From Myxococcota bacterium (GTDB lineage: Bacteria > Myxococcota_A > UBA9160 > UBA6930): a DNA stretch of 64,000 bases. Below, piece by piece: positions 40,790 to 49,881 of this stretch. Numbering within the stretch: the stretch's first letter is position 1; each line of letters starts with the position of its first letter. Made by a program: the position numbers and the translations under genes. The stretch is from the NCBI GenBank assembly GCA_965223415.1, contig OZ245002.1:5472001-5536000 (forward strand), given 5' to 3'. The notes under the pieces were generated by a model. The model did no database searches. It was not told where the DNA came from and saw only the letters and a list, made by a program, of their open reading frames with translations.

Positions 40790-40842
40790 CCGGCTAGACG
40801 ATTGACGCCAGAGTGGGCGCTGTCAAGCCGGCGGAGACGTCG

Positions 40843-41289
40843 TCAGATCGGCCCGCTGGCCTTCTCGCCCTGCACCGCCCGGCGCAGCGCCTTGAGGATG
40901 TCGCACCGCGCGATCATGCCCACCACCTCGTGGTCGTCGACGACGGGGAAGCTCTTCGTGCGCAGCTCGACCATCCGCTCGAGGGCGCGAGTGAGCGGCA
41001 TGCGCGGTGTCACCGTGGTGACGTCCGTGACCATCACATCGGAAACGGGGCCGGCCATGATCTGCTCGTAGGGGGGCAGCATGGAATCCTGGCTGAAGCG
41101 GAAGGCCTTGAGGATGTCGAGCTGGGTCACGAAGCCCAGGAGACGCCCGTCCGGGCCCAGGACCGGCAAGCCGTTCCAGTTCTTCTCCTCGAGGATCTTC
41201 TCCACCTCGGCCAGGGAAGTCTCGGGGCCGAGACCGACGGGCTCGCGGGTCATCGCGTCGAGGACCCGGTAGTCGAGGAACTCGTACAT
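40843..41289 (-). CDS. CBS-domain protein
   Basis: AMTREP, GLPVL, GFVTQLD, SFPVVD. Confidence 0.88.
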   Translation of the reverse strand: MYEFLDYRVLDAMTREPVGLGPETSLAEVEKILEEKNWNGLPVLGPDGRLLGFVTQLDILKAFRFSQDSMLPPYEQIMAGPVSDVMVTDVTTVTPRMPLTRALERMVELRTKSFPVVDDHEVVGMIARCDILKALRRAVQGEKASGPI

Positions 41290-41302
41290 GCCAAGGGCCC
41301 TT

Positions 41303-41566
41303 CTAGAGGCGGCTGCGCAGGTGCTGGAACCCCTTGCGCAGCTCCTCGCCGAGGATCTTCGCGGCCTCGCGGATCTCGGCGGCGTCCTCCTGGGCGCCCT
41401 CCCGGATCAGCTTCACCTTGCCCTCGAGCTCGCCCCAGCGGTGCTCCAGCTCCTGCCACTGATCCCGCAGCTCCATGCTGCCGAGCTCGCTCTGCACGCG
41501 CAGCTCGTCGCGCAGCTGGTGGAGTCCCTCCATCTCCTCCTCGAAGAAGTCAGTCCACTTCGACAT
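41303..41566 (-). CDS. Small helical hypothetical protein
   Basis: LRDELRVQ..MELRDQWQELE; AAGGAG SD. Confidence 0.7.
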   Translation of the reverse strand: MSKWTDFFEEEMEGLHQLRDELRVQSELGSMELRDQWQELEHRWGELEGKVKLIREGAQEDAAEIREAAKILGEELRKGFQHLRSRL

Positions 41567-43217
41567 CGCGGTCTCCTTGGCGCTTGCGGTTCTCCATTAG
41601 GCTAAGCACATGCCGTGCCACGTCCAACGCCCCGCGTCGCCAGGCAGGCCGATCCGTGCGCAGGGCGAAGCGGGCGCGACGCGGCCATTCGAAGGGTGGC
41701 TCGAAGCTCCGTATCGAGTGATCGAGGAACTCGGGGCCCGCATCGGAGAGGCTCCTGCCGAGGCGCCGGCGGCGCGCGAGCCGGCGCCGCGCCACCGCGC
41801 GCCCGACGCGCACCTCGATGAGCAGGGCGGGACTGCCGGTCGCGTCGGCCAGGGCCCGGGCGGCTTCCCGCTCTCGCCGCGAGGCGAAAGTGGCGTCGAG
41901 CAGCGTGGGCCGGCCCGCGTCCAGGGGCGCCCGGGCGCGCCGCAGCACCGCGCGGTAGACGGCGTGGCGCTTTGCGGGCGCATAGCGTCCACGATCGGCC
42001 GCCGCCGGCCCGGACACGCCACGCTGGCCGGCCGCCACGGGCCCGGAGCCGCCGCCCACCTTGCGCACGCGGTCCGTCGCCACGACCACGCCTCCCACCG
42101 CCCGGGCGATCTCCCGCGCCACACTGCTCTTGCCGCTGCCGACGGTTCCGCACATCACCAGCAGGGGCGCCGGCGGGCGGGGCGCGAGCAGCCGTTGGGC
42201 GAGGGCCGCGTGTCGCAGGGCGCTCTCCCGCGCCGCCGCCCGCTGGGCCTCGGGCAGACCGGCGTCTCCCGCCGCGATCGCCGCGACCTTGCCGCGGACC
42301 GCCGCCCGGTAGCTCATGAAGAGATCGACCACGTCGTAGAGCCCGTAGTCGTCGGCGCGCTCGGCGTAGCGGGCGAGGAAGCCCTCGGCGAGGGCCCCGT
42401 GGTCCCTGTAGCGCAGGTCCATCGCCAGAAACGCCACCTCCGAGGCGGCGTCGATATGTCGCAGCTCTTCGGAGAACTCGAGACCGTCGATCACCCGCGG
42501 CGCGTCCGGCCCGGCCTCGAACCACACGTGCTGCAGGTGGAGGTCGCCGTGGCCGTCGACCGCCCGGCCCTCCCGACGCCGGCGCTCGAGGGCGGGGGCG
42601 GCGGCCGCGAGCGCCGCCTCGGTGGCGTCCCGTAGCCCCTTCAGCGCGTCCGGGCCGAGCACCTCCTCCAGGATGTCCAGGTTGTCGCGGATCGGTGCCG
42701 CCACCCGCTCCTGCCAGGCCTCCGGCGGCCAGGGAGCCGGCGTGCCGAGGCCGTGGTGGCGGTGGAACGCCGCCATGCGGTCGGCCACCGCATTGAGGTG
42801 GGCGGAGGTCAGCGCCCCCCGCTCGAGCAGCGAGAGCGCGTCGCGCCCCTCCGCGAGCCGCCGCATCACCACGACGTGCTCGGCCTCCGGATCCTCCACC
42901 CGCGGGCCGACATCTCCCACGCGCACGCCGCCCGAGCCCGGGAGGACCGGTGCCAGTCCGAGGTACACGTCCGGCGAGAGGCGCCGGTTCACCGCCAGCT
43001 CGCGCTCGCAATCCCGGTTGCGCGCGGCGCGCAGGGAGAAGTCGACGAAGCCCAGGGCGACGGACTTGCGCAGCTTGAAGACCCTCCGGCCGGCCAGGAA
43101 GACGTGGGACAAATGGGTCTGAACCCACTCCACGGGCCCAAGGGCGTCCTGGAGCCCCCGGTAGGCCTCCGGACGCGCCAGACCCTCGGCGAGGCGATCG
43201 ATCGGACTCGTCGTCAC
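41550..43217 (-). CDS. Phosphotransferase-like domain + AAA_33 P-loop kinase fusion (Rv2004c-like)
   Basis: QTHLSHVF, FKLRK, DGHGDLH, AFLAMDL, GTVGSGKS, LDATF, SDA. Confidence 0.85.
   Translation of the reverse strand: MTTSPIDRLAEGLARPEAYRGLQDALGPVEWVQTHLSHVFLAGRRVFKLRKSVALGFVDFSLRAARNRDCERELAVNRRLSPDVYLGLAPVLPGSGGVRVGDVGPRVEDPEAEHVVVMRRLAEGRDALSLLERGALTSAHLNAVADRMAAFHRHHGLGTPAPWPPEAWQERVAAPIRDNLDILEEVLGPDALKGLRDATEAALAAAAPALERRRREGRAVDGHGDLHLQHVWFEAGPDAPRVIDGLEFSEELRHIDAASEVAFLAMDLRYRDHGALAEGFLARYAERADDYGLYDVVDLFMSYRAAVRGKVAAIAAGDAGLPEAQRAAARESALRHAALAQRLLAPRPPAPLLVMCGTVGSGKSSVAREIARAVGGVVVATDRVRKVGGGSGPVAAGQRGVSGPAAADRGRYAPAKRHAVYRAVLRRARAPLDAGRPTLLDATFASRREREAARALADATGSPALLIEVRVGRAVARRRLARRRRLGRSLSDAGPEFLDHSIRSFEPPFEWPRRARFALRTDRPAWRRGALDVARHVLSLMENRKRQGDRDVEVD
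41605..41620 (-). promoter_or_regulatory. Sigma-54 promoter TGGCACG-GCAT-GTGCT
   Basis: Upstream of the 41566 gene, inside the 3' end of the preceding ORF. Confidence 0.7.
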
Positions 43218-43229
43218 GGGATCCTCCTG

Positions 43230-43245
43230 TGCAGGGCCGGTGCCA
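43230..43245 (-). promoter_or_regulatory. Sigma-54 promoter TGGCACC-GGCC-CTGCA
   Basis: Upstream of the Rv2004c-like gene. Confidence 0.65.
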
Positions 43246-43254
43246 AGGCCGGGC

Positions 43255-43270
43255 TGGCACGCGCCGTGCA
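43255..43270 (+). promoter_or_regulatory. Sigma-54 promoter TGGCACG-CGCC-GTGCA
   Basis: Upstream of CBS gene 43309. Confidence 0.75.
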
Positions 43271-43308
43271 CTCCCACCGGGCTGTCGGACACGACGAGGA
43301 GGACGATC

Positions 43309-43782
43309 ATGCACTCGGCGCAGAACGTGATGACGAATCCGGTGGTGGCGGTGAGCCCCGCAATGAGCCTGGCCGACGCCCATCGCCTGTTCGTCGAAGA
43401 GGGCATCCACGGGGCGCCGGTGCTCGATGACGATGGATCGATCGTCGGCGTCGTCACCAGCAGCGATCTGCTGCGCGCCGTCCACGACGAGCACGACAGC
43501 GTCACCCGCTCCAGCGACTACCTCCGGGACCTGCTGGAGTTCTCCGCGCCGGATTGGGCCGGAGAGACCTCCGACTTCCAGGACCGGCTGGGGGAGCGCT
43601 CGGTCGAGGAAGTGATGACCCCCACGGCCGTGACGGTGCGCCCGGACGCCCCCATCTCCGAGGTGGCCCGCGCTCTGCGGGAGAACCGGATCCACCGGGT
43701 CTGGGTGGAAGAAGACGGTAAGCTTCGCGGCGTGATCTCAACCTTCGATCTGCTCCCCATCCTGGAGGAGCTGGCCGGATGA
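43309..43782 (+). CDS. CBS-domain protein
   Basis: VMTNP, GAPVLD, GVVTSSD, GVISTFD; GAGGAGG SD. Confidence 0.88.
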   Translation: MHSAQNVMTNPVVAVSPAMSLADAHRLFVEEGIHGAPVLDDDGSIVGVVTSSDLLRAVHDEHDSVTRSSDYLRDLLEFSAPDWAGETSDFQDRLGERSVEEVMTPTAVTVRPDAPISEVARALRENRIHRVWVEEDGKLRGVISTFDLLPILEELAG

Positions 43783-44945
43783 ACGCCCTCCGCCGCTGGG
43801 GCCACGTGCCCCAGCTCGGGATCGTCTTCGGGGCGCTTCTCCTCGGCTGCGGGCATCGTCCGGAGCCGGTTCCGGAGCCGCCGGAGACCCGCGCGACCAT
43901 GGCCGAGATCGTCGCGGCCCTCCAGGTGGCCCTGCCCCTCAGCCTGAGCGAGGAGGCCTTCCACGCGCCGGAGAACCGCGTGGCCCTGGACGAGGCCTTG
44001 GCCCAGCTCAGCCGCAGCGCCGGGGCGCTCGAAGCTCACGGCCAGGGCCGCGACGCGGGCTTCGCCCACATGAGCCACGCCCTCTCCCGCGACGCGGCAG
44101 AGATCGAGTGGCGCCTCCGCCAGGGCCGCTCGGAGGAGGCGCGCTTCCTGCTGGGCGAGCTGGTCGGCGATTGCGTGACCTGCCACTCGCGCCTGCCCGC
44201 CGAGGGCTCGGACCTGGGCCGCTCCCTCTACGAATCCGTCGACGCGAACGCCCTGCCCCGCGCCGAGCGCGTGCGTCTCGAAATCGCCACCCGCCAGTTC
44301 GACCTGGCGCTCACCACCCTCGAGGCGTTGATCGCCGACGAGACGGTGAGCCCGTCCCAGCTCGACCTGGGCGGCTTCCTCTCGGACTACCTACGCGTGA
44401 GCATCCGCGTCCGGGCGGATCTGGCCCGACCGCGCACGACCCTCGACGCGTGGCGTCAGCGCGCCGAGCTGCCGGCCTACCTCGATCACATCACGGCCAG
44501 CTGGGTCGACGCCCTCGGGAGCCTGCGCGTCGACGCGGAGCCCGGTGCCGAGCTGGCAGAGGCGCGCACCGTGGCCGACCAGGCGACGGCCCTGCGGCGC
44601 TTCCCCGCGGATCGCGGCACCCTCGTCCACGACCTGGTGGTGTCGAGCCTGCTCCACCGGGCGCTGGCGCGGCAGACCCTCGCGCCGGACGACGCCTCCG
44701 AGGCGTACTTCCTGCTCGGCCTCGCGGAGCTGCGGGTCGCCCACTCCTACTGGCTCGCGGCGCCGGAGGCCTACCTGGAAGCGGCGATCCGCTCCGCGCC
44801 GGGCTCGCGCTTCGCGCGGGAGGCCTACCTGGTGCTCGAAGAGGAGACGATCGCCGGCTACACGGGCTCGGGAGGCACCCAGCTTCCGGCGGCCGTGGCG
44901 AGCTGGCTGGAAGAGCTGCGGGGGCTGGCGCTCACGGAGCCCTAG
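43779..44945 (+). CDS. Helical lipoprotein with one c-type haem motif
   Basis: Lipobox LLGC, CVTCH, helical/TPR-like remainder. Confidence 0.7.
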   Translation: MNALRRWGHVPQLGIVFGALLLGCGHRPEPVPEPPETRATMAEIVAALQVALPLSLSEEAFHAPENRVALDEALAQLSRSAGALEAHGQGRDAGFAHMSHALSRDAAEIEWRLRQGRSEEARFLLGELVGDCVTCHSRLPAEGSDLGRSLYESVDANALPRAERVRLEIATRQFDLALTTLEALIADETVSPSQLDLGGFLSDYLRVSIRVRADLARPRTTLDAWRQRAELPAYLDHITASWVDALGSLRVDAEPGAELAEARTVADQATALRRFPADRGTLVHDLVVSSLLHRALARQTLAPDDASEAYFLLGLAELRVAHSYWLAAPEAYLEAAIRSAPGSRFAREAYLVLEEETIAGYTGSGGTQLPAAVASWLEELRGLALTEP

Positions 44946-45071
44946 ACCGGGATGCGTCCCAGCCCTCTCCTCCGACGCGCCGGCAGTGAGCCCGCAGCGC
45001 TTCCGCCGTCGGTCGCTCCCCGGGTTCCAGGAGCGCGTGACCGCCGCGTGCGACGGCGATGTGCACGCCGC

Positions 45072-46427
45072 CTACCCGAGACCGTGCTCCTCGAGCACGG
45101 TCGCGAGCACCGCCTCGAGCCCCGGCGTGTCGAGGTCCTGGTAGCCGTAACGAGCCCGCACGACGGGAAGATCCAGCTCGAGGAGGGACGCCAGGTCGAC
45201 CGGCGTTCCGGCCACCACCACCTCGGCCCCGGAAGCCTCGATGGTCTGCCGGAGCGCCGCGCGCTGGGCCGCGTCGTAGCCCATGGCGGGGAGGATCGGC
45301 CCGAGGTGCGGAAACGCCGCGAACACCTCGGCGATGGGCGGCGCGGCCTTCGCGCGCGGATCGACGATCTCGGCGGCTCCCGCGCCGGTGGCGGCGACGT
45401 AGCCGGCACCGTGGGGCATGCCGCCGTGGGTGGTCGTCGGTCCATCCTCGACCACGAGGACCCGCCGTCCGCGAACCTGCTCCGGCGCGTCGAGGACCAC
45501 CGGCGAGGCGGCACGCAGCACGGGCACATCCGGCCGCAGGCGACGAACGCCGGCCACGGCCTGCTCGCCGCCCGCCTCGCCAGCGCTGTCCACTTTGTTG
45601 ACCACCACCACGTCGGCCATGCGCAGCACCGTTTCGCCCGGGTGGTGCGTATCGATCTGATCCGGCCGCAGGGCATCGACGACCACGACGTGGAGGTCCG
45701 GCCGCAGGAACGGGAAGTCGTTGTTCCCGCCGTCCCAGACGATCACCTGGGCCTCCTTCTCGGCCGCCGCCAGGATCGCGGCGTAGTCGACGCCGGCGAA
45801 TACGACGGCGCCGGCCTCCAGGTACGCCTCGTACTCCTCCCGCTCCTCGGCGGTGCAGTCGTGGGCTCGCAGGTCCGCGCGCTCGGCGAAGCGCTGCACC
45901 CGCTGGCGGGCGAGATCGCCGTAGGGCATGGGATGGCGCATCGCGACGGCGCGCAGCCCCCGCGCGTGCAGATGAGCGACGATCCAACGCGCGGTCTGCG
46001 ACTTGCCACAGCCGGTGCGAACGGCGGACACGGCGATCACGGGCAGCATGGACGTCAGCATCGTGCGGCGCGGCCCGAGCAGCTCGAAGTCCGCGCCGGC
46101 GGCCAGGGCCCGGGAGGCGAGATGCATGACGTGCTCGTGGGAGACGTCGCTGTAGGCGAACACCACGTCGTGGACGTCCCGCTCGGCGCAGATCTCCTCG
46201 AGGTCTGCCTCCGGGAGGATCGGAATCCCCTGTGGATGGTGCGGGCCGGACAGCTCCCGCGGATAGCGGCGGCCGTCGATCCCGGGGATCTGGGCGGCGG
46301 TGAAGGCCACCACCTCGTGGCGAGGGTCTTCCCGGTAGACCGTGTTGAAGCAGTGGAAGTCACGGCCGGCCGCGCCCAGGATCAGGACGCGGCGTCGCGG
46401 CGGCCCTCCTTCCGTCGGCGATACCAT
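45072..46427 (-). CDS. COG2403-type P-loop ligase (cDPG synthetase/arginine synthetase-like)
   Basis: ILGAAGRDFH, AVRTGCGKS, RHPMPYG, EEREEYE, WDGGNND, VEDGPT. Confidence 0.8.
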   Translation of the reverse strand: MVSPTEGGPPRRRVLILGAAGRDFHCFNTVYREDPRHEVVAFTAAQIPGIDGRRYPRELSGPHHPQGIPILPEADLEEICAERDVHDVVFAYSDVSHEHVMHLASRALAAGADFELLGPRRTMLTSMLPVIAVSAVRTGCGKSQTARWIVAHLHARGLRAVAMRHPMPYGDLARQRVQRFAERADLRAHDCTAEEREEYEAYLEAGAVVFAGVDYAAILAAAEKEAQVIVWDGGNNDFPFLRPDLHVVVVDALRPDQIDTHHPGETVLRMADVVVVNKVDSAGEAGGEQAVAGVRRLRPDVPVLRAASPVVLDAPEQVRGRRVLVVEDGPTTTHGGMPHGAGYVAATGAGAAEIVDPRAKAAPPIAEVFAAFPHLGPILPAMGYDAAQRAALRQTIEASGAEVVVAGTPVDLASLLELDLPVVRARYGYQDLDTPGLEAVLATVLEEHGLG

Positions 46428-46873
46428 CAGCGCGGGACCTGGATCGACTCCAGGTACTCGACCAGGGTCTCGATGCGACCACGGACGATCGCGTCCCCCA
46501 GCTCGTCCTGGGGCAGGCCCTCGAGGAAACGGGTGCCCCAGACCGGCATCTCGCGGGTACCGTGGGCCTGCACCTCGAAGCGCCCATCGATCACGTAGGC
46601 GACGTCGAGGCGGGGGAAGTGGCCGTCGCGGCGCGCGGCGATCCGGGTGAGATCGGCCGGCGGCGTGGCGAGGGCCGTCCCGGCCGGGCCGTCACCCTGG
46701 CCGCCCGCACCGTGACAGGAGGCGCAATGGCGGGCGAACTCCCGGGCGCCCTCGTCCGCCAGGAAGGCGTTGGCCCGGCGCGGCTCCGGCCCGGGCGCGG
46801 CGCAGGCCCCCACCAGGGAGGCGGCTGCGGCGAGGAGGAGGGGGCGGCGGAGCGATCGGACGTGGTGACGCAT
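46427..46873 (-). CDS. Monohaem cytochrome c lipoprotein
   Basis: Lipobox VGAC, CASCH, GDGP, HGTREMPVWG. Confidence 0.85.
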   Translation of the reverse strand: MRHHVRSLRRPLLLAAAASLVGACAAPGPEPRRANAFLADEGAREFARHCASCHGAGGQGDGPAGTALATPPADLTRIAARRDGHFPRLDVAYVIDGRFEVQAHGTREMPVWGTRFLEGLPQDELGDAIVRGRIETLVEYLESIQVPR

Positions 46874-46885
46874 GGCCCAGGCTCT

Positions 46886-46901
46886 AGCAAGACGTGGGCC
46901 C
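46886..46901 (-). promoter_or_regulatory. Candidate sigma-54 promoter GGGCCCA-CGTC-TTGCT
   Basis: GGC/TTGC at correct spacing upstream of the cytochrome c gene. Confidence 0.55.
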
Positions 46902-46911
46902 AGCGGCCCGG

Positions 46912-47484
46912 CTACTCGCTGCTCTCGGCCACGTCGGCGCGCTGGCGGACCGCGACGCGGTGCTCGTCCGTCTCGGAGAGATCGATGTCCACCCGGATCG
47001 CGCCAGCCTCCCGCTCGGATTCCTCCTCGTAGCCGACCTTCTGGAAGACATCGAGCATGCGCCGATTGGTCGGGAGCACGTGGGCCACGAAACGCTCGAT
47101 GCCGTGGGGTCGCGCCGCCTCCGCCAGGCCCTCGAACAGCAGGGTGGCCAGCCCGCGGCCCTGGTGGGCATCGGCCACCTCGAAGGCCACCTCCGCCTCG
47201 CCGGCCACCTGGACGCGCTGGTAGCAGCCGTGGGCCACGATCTCGCCGTCGATCCATGCGGCCAGGCCCAGGTGGCGGCCCGGGTCCGGGTGCGTGTAGC
47301 GATGCAGCTCCTGGGCGGGCAGCTTCGGCCGCGCCGTGAAGTAGCGCAGGTAACGCGTCTCCGGGGAGAGGGCCGCGTGGAAGCGCTCGAAGGCTTCCAG
47401 GTCACCGGGGACGAGGGGCCGCATCCGGGCCTCCCCGCCGTCCTTGAGCCGGACGATCCGCGCCTCGTCCTCCGCGTCGTTCAT
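46912..47484 (-). CDS. Stand-alone GNAT acetyltransferase (Pat-type GNAT domain)
   Basis: LSPETRYLRYF, AEVAFEVADAHQGRGLAT, VLPTNRRMLDVF. Confidence 0.85.
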   Translation of the reverse strand: MNDAEDEARIVRLKDGGEARMRPLVPGDLEAFERFHAALSPETRYLRYFTARPKLPAQELHRYTHPDPGRHLGLAAWIDGEIVAHGCYQRVQVAGEAEVAFEVADAHQGRGLATLLFEGLAEAARPHGIERFVAHVLPTNRRMLDVFQKVGYEEESEREAGAIRVDIDLSETDEHRVAVRQRADVAESSE

Positions 47485-47504
47485 GCCTCCGAGGCTAGCC
47501 AGGC

Positions 47505-47541
47505 TGGGGCGGAACGTCCCAGGGTGGGGCACAAGGAAACC
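47505..47541. promoter_or_regulatory. Tandem candidate activator sites TGGGG-N7-TCCCA and TGGGG half site
   Basis: 47505-47521 and 47525-47541, ending 39 nt before the sigma-54 motif. Confidence 0.6.
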
Positions 47542-47580
47542 GGCGTCGGCGTTGCGCGCCATCCGAGCTCGCCGGGAGGG

Positions 47581-47596
47581 CGGCATGCCGGTTGCT
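47581..47596 (+). promoter_or_regulatory. Sigma-54 promoter CGGCATG-CCGG-TTGCT
   Basis: Upstream of the HPF-like gene and di-iron operon. Confidence 0.7.
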
Positions 47597-47608
47597 TCCC
47601 ATGCGGTC

Positions 47609-47950
47609 ATGGAGATCCATTGGCGAAACCCCGGTGAGCTGGACGAGGCGGAACGCGACCAGGCGGAGGAGCGGCTCGCGCGCCTCGCCGACGGACACAA
47701 CGACCTGATCGACGTGTGGGTCGACGTGGAGAGCGAGAGCGGCCACCACCGCAACGGGCCGCGCCGGGTCGCCATCCGCTGCCAGGCTCGGCGGGCCGAG
47801 CTGGTCGCCCATGGCGAGGCGGACGAGCCCGCCACCGCCCTCCACCACGCCCTCGAGACCTTCTCCCGCGAAGTCCACCGTCTCCGCGACAAGCGCCGCG
47901 AGAGACGTGCGCGCACCGCCCCACGCATTCCCGAGGAGGAAGCACCGTGA
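47609..47950 (+). CDS. HPF/RaiA-like ribosome hibernation protein
   Basis: MEIHWRN, AEERLARL, GHHRNG, basic C-terminal helix; size fits. Confidence 0.65.
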   Translation: MEIHWRNPGELDEAERDQAEERLARLADGHNDLIDVWVDVESESGHHRNGPRRVAIRCQARRAELVAHGEADEPATALHHALETFSREVHRLRDKRRERRARTAPRIPEEEAP

Positions 47951-48831
47951 CCGATTTCCTGAAGGGCTACGACATCCAGTACTGGCTCGAATCCGCTCCC
48001 CAGGGCTACCTGCAGGACACGGAGTACGGCCACCGGGTGGGCGAGAAGGAGCCGGACCTGCTGATGGAGGAGGCGACCCTCCGCGAGCAGGCCATCGACA
48101 CCACGGTGCAGCTCGTCGTCGGCGAGCGCTGCGCGCTCGCGGCGTCCTCGGGCCTGATCAACGCCGCCCCGGACGAGGCCAGCAAGCGCTTCCTCGCCAC
48201 CCAGACCCTCGACGAGGCCCGCCATGTCGAGATCTTCACCCATCGGCTCTTCGACCTCGGCGTGAAGCCGAAGGAGCTCGAGGACGTGATCTCCCAGCGG
48301 GCCAACCCGCATCTGGTGAGCTTCGCCGAGCTGCTGCTGGACAAAGTCGACAAGAAGGACTTCGTCGCCGGCGTGGTGGGGCAGAACGTGGTGCTCGAGG
48401 GCATGGCGTTCCGCGTCTTCGAGATGCTCCACGAGGGCAACGCGAAGACCAACCCCAAGTTCGCCCACATCCTCTCGGGCACGATCGCCGACGAGCGTCG
48501 CCACGTAGGCTTCGGCGAGAACCGCATCGGCTCGCTCATCCGCGAGCATCCCGATCGCAAGGGCGACGTGGAGCAGCTGCAGAAGGAGATGTCCTACCAC
48601 ATGCTCGCCACCTTCGGCGCCCAGTTCCGCAAGGGCCCGAGCCCGGCCGAGATGCAGCAGATCATGGAGGACCGCGGCGTGCAGCGAGACGAGGCCGAGT
48701 GGCAGGGCGTGAAGCTCGGTCAGGCCTCTCCGGAAGAGCTCGAAGAGGTGCTCGGCGACACGATCCTGAAGGAGTTCAAGCTCCGGCTCGAGCGGATCGG
48801 CGTCGAGTACCAGACGCCGATCCGGCCCTAG
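47947..48831 (+). CDS. Ferritin-like di-iron protein A
   Basis: GE..DEARH..VLE..DERRH. Confidence 0.8.
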   Translation: MTDFLKGYDIQYWLESAPQGYLQDTEYGHRVGEKEPDLLMEEATLREQAIDTTVQLVVGERCALAASSGLINAAPDEASKRFLATQTLDEARHVEIFTHRLFDLGVKPKELEDVISQRANPHLVSFAELLLDKVDKKDFVAGVVGQNVVLEGMAFRVFEMLHEGNAKTNPKFAHILSGTIADERRHVGFGENRIGSLIREHPDRKGDVEQLQKEMSYHMLATFGAQFRKGPSPAEMQQIMEDRGVQRDEAEWQGVKLGQASPEELEEVLGDTILKEFKLRLERIGVEYQTPIRP

Positions 48832-48832
48832 C

Positions 48833-49618
48833 ATGGCAACCCGCGAGCCGGGGGCAGGCGAGCTGCACGATCTGCCCCCGGACCTCTTCCACGAGCACGT
48901 CCACTCCTTCGAGCACTGGCTGGGCTCGGTCCACGGCTACCTCGAGGACCGTCCCTGGGGCCATCGGGAGGATCTCGCCACCGGGGAGCTCTCCGCCGCC
49001 GAGCGCGACCGACTGGTGTCGACCCTCTGCAACTACTGCGTCGGGGAGACCGCCGCCCTCGAGGGCGCCGGCGGCCTGATCCGCGTGGCCCCGAACCGCC
49101 CCCTCAAGGTGTTCGTCGCCACCCAGGCCGCCGACGAGGCGCGGCACCTCGAGGTGCTGATCCACCGCCTGCGCGAGCTCGGCGTGGACGATCCCGAGGC
49201 GGAGATCACCCGCCGCGCCCACCCGGGCCTGCTGCGCTTCAAGCAAGAGCTCCTCGGCCTGGTCGGCGACGGCGACTGGCTGCGCGCGCTGTTCGCCCAG
49301 AACGTCATTCTCGAGGCGATGGAGTTCACCGTCTTCCGCTACCACGCTCGCGAGGCCGATCCGGTGACGAAGGACCTGCTGGTCGGCATCATCAAGGACG
49401 AGCGCCGTCACATCGGCTTCGGCGAGAACGAGCTGGGCCGCCAGCTCAAGCAGGACGCCGATGCGGCCGCCCGCCTGGCCGCGGTGCGGGAGCGCCTCGA
49501 CCCCCTCGTCCTCCAGAGCTTCGAGCAGGCCCTCGAAGAGCTGGCCGTGCCGGCCGGCGAGCGCCACGAGCTGGGCCGCGACTACCTCGCCGCCGTCGGG
49601 AGGCTCGGGATCGTATGA
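48833..49618 (+). CDS. Ferritin-like di-iron protein B (paralogue of A)
   Basis: GE..DEARH..ILE..DERRH. Confidence 0.8.
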   Translation: MATREPGAGELHDLPPDLFHEHVHSFEHWLGSVHGYLEDRPWGHREDLATGELSAAERDRLVSTLCNYCVGETAALEGAGGLIRVAPNRPLKVFVATQAADEARHLEVLIHRLRELGVDDPEAEITRRAHPGLLRFKQELLGLVGDGDWLRALFAQNVILEAMEFTVFRYHAREADPVTKDLLVGIIKDERRHIGFGENELGRQLKQDADAAARLAAVRERLDPLVLQSFEQALEELAVPAGERHELGRDYLAAVGRLGIV

Positions 49619-49881
49619 GTCTCGACGAACCCCGCCAGCGGTTCGACCTCGACGATCGGGGCTTCGACGAGGTGCCCCGCAAGTACCGCAAGTACTACCG
49701 GCGCTGGGAGGGGCCCGACGACGAGCTCGGCCCCAACGAGATCCTGTGCCCGGTCTGCAAGATCGTGGTCCGATCCAATCGCGAGCTGCGCCCGGGCGAT
49801 CGGATGTACTGTATGGCGTGTCTGACGAGGCTGCGGATCACCGAGGCCGAGGGCCGATTGGAGGCCGAGGTCGAGTACTGA
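49615..49881 (+). CDS. Small CxxC..CxxC metal-ribbon protein
   Basis: CPVC and CMAC; coupled to both neighbours. Confidence 0.75.
   Translation: MSLDEPRQRFDLDDRGFDEVPRKYRKYYRRWEGPDDELGPNEILCPVCKIVVRSNRELRPGDRMYCMACLTRLRITEAEGRLEAEVEY

Noticed and set aside
40802..40826. TTGAC..GTCAA before the globin kinase as an FNR box
   Set aside because: Spacer is 15 nt, not 4; could be a -35 TTGACA or a hairpin, but no clear -10
49615..49881. LysW/amino-group carrier protein call
   Set aside because: Ribbon spacing is similar but the C-terminal EDWGE is absent and no LysX-type ligase is nearby
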